Source of the DNA: Ascoidea asiatica JCM 7603
Taxonomy: Eukaryota; Fungi; Ascomycota
DNA length: 64,000 nt
Direction: 5' to 3'
Assembly: GCA_001600695.1 (NCBI GenBank)
Contig: BCKQ01000002.1
Coordinates: 1,610,326 to 1,674,325, forward strand
Under the pieces are notes generated by a model, which ran no database searches, was not told the origin of the DNA, and was given only the letters and a program-made list of their open reading frames with translations. Made by a program: the position numbers and the translations under genes. This document shows positions 61,134-64,000 of the stretch, piece after piece (position 1 is the first letter of the stretch; each line of letters starts with the position of its first letter).

Positions 61134-63443
61134 TTATATTTTAAGATGATGAATTTTCCTCAAATGAGCTTTTAAATTATCATTTCTGTTAAATCTTTTG
61201 TTACAATCTGGTTGATCACAATGAAATGGTTTTTCTGAAGAATGAGATCTTAAATGTCTTTTTACATGTTCTGGTCTATGAAATTTAGCTTGACAAAGAG
61301 GACATGCATGATTTTTTTTATTCTTTTCTGCTGGATCTTTGGCTTTTCTCCCTCTTTTGGATTTTGGAGGAATTACTTTATTTAAATCTTTTGTAATTTT
61401 AACTGATGAAGGTTTTAATATAGGTACTTTGAATTCTTCAGTTTTACCTTCCTCATTAATTGAAGTAACAGTATCTTGAACTTTTTCTTTAGTTGAATTT
61501 TCAGAAGAAATATTTTCAATTTTACCAGTAAAATTAGGATTGGTAAAAGAATTTAAATTCATACTTTCAGATCTAGATAATGTTGGATATGAATTTAAAC
61601 CATTAATTGAAAAAGATGGTTGAAGAGTATTTTGAGGATTAGAAAAATTAAAAAGATTATGTTGAATATTATTTTGCATTATAAGATTTTGAGCAGCAAG
61701 ATTTATAGAATTTTGATTTATATGATTATATAATAATGGATTATTACTATAAAATGAATTTGCACTATTTGGTGGTGTTGGTAATAATAAATCACTATTC
61801 ATTGGATCACATAACATTGGAAATTCCATATTTTTATCTGTAAAATTATTTTTAGGAAAAGACATTGAACCTCCAGAATTTGAAACATATTTTGAAGCAA
61901 TTTTAAAAGTCATATCAGCTGCATTTAAGAATGCATGATTATTATCTTCTTGATTAGATCTTATATTTAATTCATTATTTGTATTAATATTATTAACTTG
62001 TACAGGATTAATTGAGAATTCTGAGATTATATTTTCATTAATATTTGCAGTTTTATCTCTAGTAATAGTTTCTTGAGTTATTGTTTCATTACTATTGTTT
62101 TGAAGAGAATCTAAAATATTTTGATCTTGATTTAAATTATTAAAATTATTTTGATATTTGTTTTGATTTTGTAGATCATTTCCAGATTGAGATTGATTTT
62201 GGAATTGATTGAAAGATTGCATTTGAAATTGAGAATCATTCTGATTTGCCAATAAATTTTGATGAATATCTTCTTGTTGAATTAAAACTGAATTTTGAAG
62301 TTGGTTTTGGTTTTGGTTTTGAATTTGATTTTGGTTCTGATTTTGATTTTGTAAATCAGTAATATCATTTTTTTTTTCATTTGTATTAAAAAAATTAAAA
62401 GGAGAAATTGAAGATTTTAAATCTAAATCAAGTGAAGTTCTTAAAGGTGTTGTTAAAGGAGTTACCATTGGAGAAATATTTGTATTTATTGGAGAAATAA
62501 AATTTGGAGTATAAAAAGGATTTATACCATGAGAAGGAGATTTAAAATTTGTTGTTGGAGTCATATTATTGTTGGTATTATTATTATTATTATTATTATT
62601 ACGGTTTGAGTTATCAATTGATAAAATTGATTGATTACTATTAAGATCTAAAGATAATTTTGATTTTGATCTAGTTGTATTACTTCTTGGTGTTGCTAAT
62701 GGACGAAAAGTTTTTGGAGGAGAATTTATTGAAGATAATGGAAAATTAGTTAAATTTAAATTTAAGTTTAAATTTTGATTTTGATTTTGATTTTGATTTT
62801 GATCTTGTAAAAGAGGTGTTGAATAATAACTTATTGAAGCACGTCTATTTGATGATTTTAATGGAGTTATAAAAGAATTTTGATGAAAATAATTAACTTT
62901 AGGAGAAATTAAATGATTTGAAAATGAATTATTTGAAAATGAATTAAAAGAATTTGAATTAGATAAACTTGGTATTGAATCATTAAGAGAAGAGATTGAA
63001 TTTGAAGAAAAAGAAGAATTAATTTTTTGAAATTTAATTGGTTGAGATTCATTTAATTCCATTGGAGGAGATAATTTATTATTAATAATATTTGAAGATC
63101 TTTTTGAAGATAAAATTGAATTTAAACTATTATTTGAAAAAGAATGTGGAATTAAATCTGGGATAATATGAGAATGAATATCAGGTAAAGTTGAAGTTCG
63201 TATTAAAGATGGAGAACATAATGAATAATTTTCTTTTGAATTTGAATTGAGTTTTGAATTATCATATTCTTTTGAATTGATATTGTTATTATTGAAATCA
63301 ATTTCAGAATCATTTTGATTATCTTCATTAATATTCTCATTTATATTTTCATTTTCATTATTATTATTATTATTATTATTTTGATTATTAATATTAATAT
63401 TATCTGAAATTGAAGAAGAAGTTAAAGATATTTCAGAAGTCAT
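61134..63443 (-). CDS. CRZ2: C2H2 zinc-finger transcription factor with two C-terminal fingers, Crz2-like
   Basis: [54 protein letters not shown]; long S/N/Q-rich N-terminus. The C2H2 call is firm; the CRZ2 name is from recall and less certain. Confidence 0.6.
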   Translation of the reverse strand: MTSEISLTSSSISDNININNQNNNNNNNNENENINENINEDNQNDSEIDFNNNNINSKEYDNSKLNSNSKENYSLCSPSLIRTSTLPDIHSHIIPDLIPHSFSNNSLNSILSSKRSSNIINNKLSPPMELNESQPIKFQKINSSFSSNSISSLNDSIPSLSNSNSFNSFSNNSFSNHLISPKVNYFHQNSFITPLKSSNRRASISYYSTPLLQDQNQNQNQNQNLNLNLNLTNFPLSSINSPPKTFRPLATPRSNTTRSKSKLSLDLNSNQSILSIDNSNRNNNNNNNNTNNNMTPTTNFKSPSHGINPFYTPNFISPINTNISPMVTPLTTPLRTSLDLDLKSSISPFNFFNTNEKKNDITDLQNQNQNQNQIQNQNQNQLQNSVLIQQEDIHQNLLANQNDSQFQMQSFNQFQNQSQSGNDLQNQNKYQNNFNNLNQDQNILDSLQNNSNETITQETITRDKTANINENIISEFSINPVQVNNINTNNELNIRSNQEDNNHAFLNAADMTFKIASKYVSNSGGSMSFPKNNFTDKNMEFPMLCDPMNSDLLLPTPPNSANSFYSNNPLLYNHINQNSINLAAQNLIMQNNIQHNLFNFSNPQNTLQPSFSINGLNSYPTLSRSESMNLNSFTNPNFTGKIENISSENSTKEKVQDTVTSINEEGKTEEFKVPILKPSSVKITKDLNKVIPPKSKRGRKAKDPAEKNKKNHACPLCQAKFHRPEHVKRHLRSHSSEKPFHCDQPDCNKRFNRNDNLKAHLRKIHHLKI

Positions 63444-63658
63444 TTTTAAAATATTTTATGAATTTTTTTAGTTTTTATTATTATTATTAATGAAAGAAAG
63501 AAAAAATTGAATTGAATTGAATATTATTAAAATAGCATATAATTTACAATTTAAAATTGAAATTGAAATTGAAATTGAAATTTAAATTCTTTAATAGCAA
63601 ATATTTGTAGATAATCTTAATAGGTAATTTTAATAGCCAATTTTAGTAAGTTTAATAA

Positions 63659-63660
<2 letters not shown>

Positions 63661-63690
<30 letters not shown>
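63661..63690 (+). repeat. (AG)15 microsatellite
   Basis: Directly visible. Confidence 0.9.
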
Positions 63691-63694
<4 letters not shown>

Positions 63695-64000
63695 AAAAAA
63701 AAAAATGAGACTAATTAGTAAAAAAAGGAATTATTTCTAATTGATTTGATTTGATTTAATTTTAATTTATTTTTTCATAAATGAGTAAGTTAAGTATTAA
63801 GTATAAAGAATTAAGAATTAAGTATTAAGTATTAAGTATAAAGTATTGAATGTAAAGTGTATAATAATTATTGAGTAATGAGTATTAATAGAGTATATGA
63901 TAAATTAGACGATTAGTTTTTATATGATTGAAAATTTGATCTTGATCTGATTTGATCTACGGATTAATAAGGAGGTCTTTTTTTTTTTTTTTTTTTTTTT

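Overview
This is a 64-kb window of an extremely AT-rich budding-yeast (Saccharomycotina) nuclear chromosome; the species cannot be determined from the sequence. It holds about 26 protein-coding genes. Most are recognisable orthologues or family members: PHO81 (5' part), ANP1, SKG6/TOS2, IMP3, MRPL6, MRPL9, SNA4-like, RMD9, YGL108C-like, RRP45, stomatin-like SLP2, RNH202, CUP9/TOS8, a YNL234W-like globin, WHI2, YAE1, SDH4/TIM18 family, PHB2, SPT23/MGA2, ERV14, RGR1/MED14, a RidA protein, LYS1 and a CRZ2-like zinc finger. One 533-aa ORF is an orphan. A decayed Ty3/gypsy retrotransposon lies at about 14.1-18.7 kb; it lacks RNase H and has only a candidate 3' LTR. ANP1 and ERV14 each have an intron missed by the ORF track (GTATGT...TAACTAAC...AAAG). 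The most notable observations are: (1) a 1304-aa AWS-SET-postSET protein whose signatures match filamentous-fungal ASH1 (H3K36 methyltransferase) rather than yeast Set2, with an A16 run between SET and post-SET; (2) a head-to-head pair of predicted peroxisomal enzymes (RidA-SKL and Lys1-HKL) sharing a Gcn4-site promoter; (3) a 1.3-kb ATG-free leader before RMD9; (4) isochore-like codon-composition domains and GC-rich promoter islands. No tRNA, rRNA or CRISPR array was recognised. All homology calls come from recalled motifs, not database searches.
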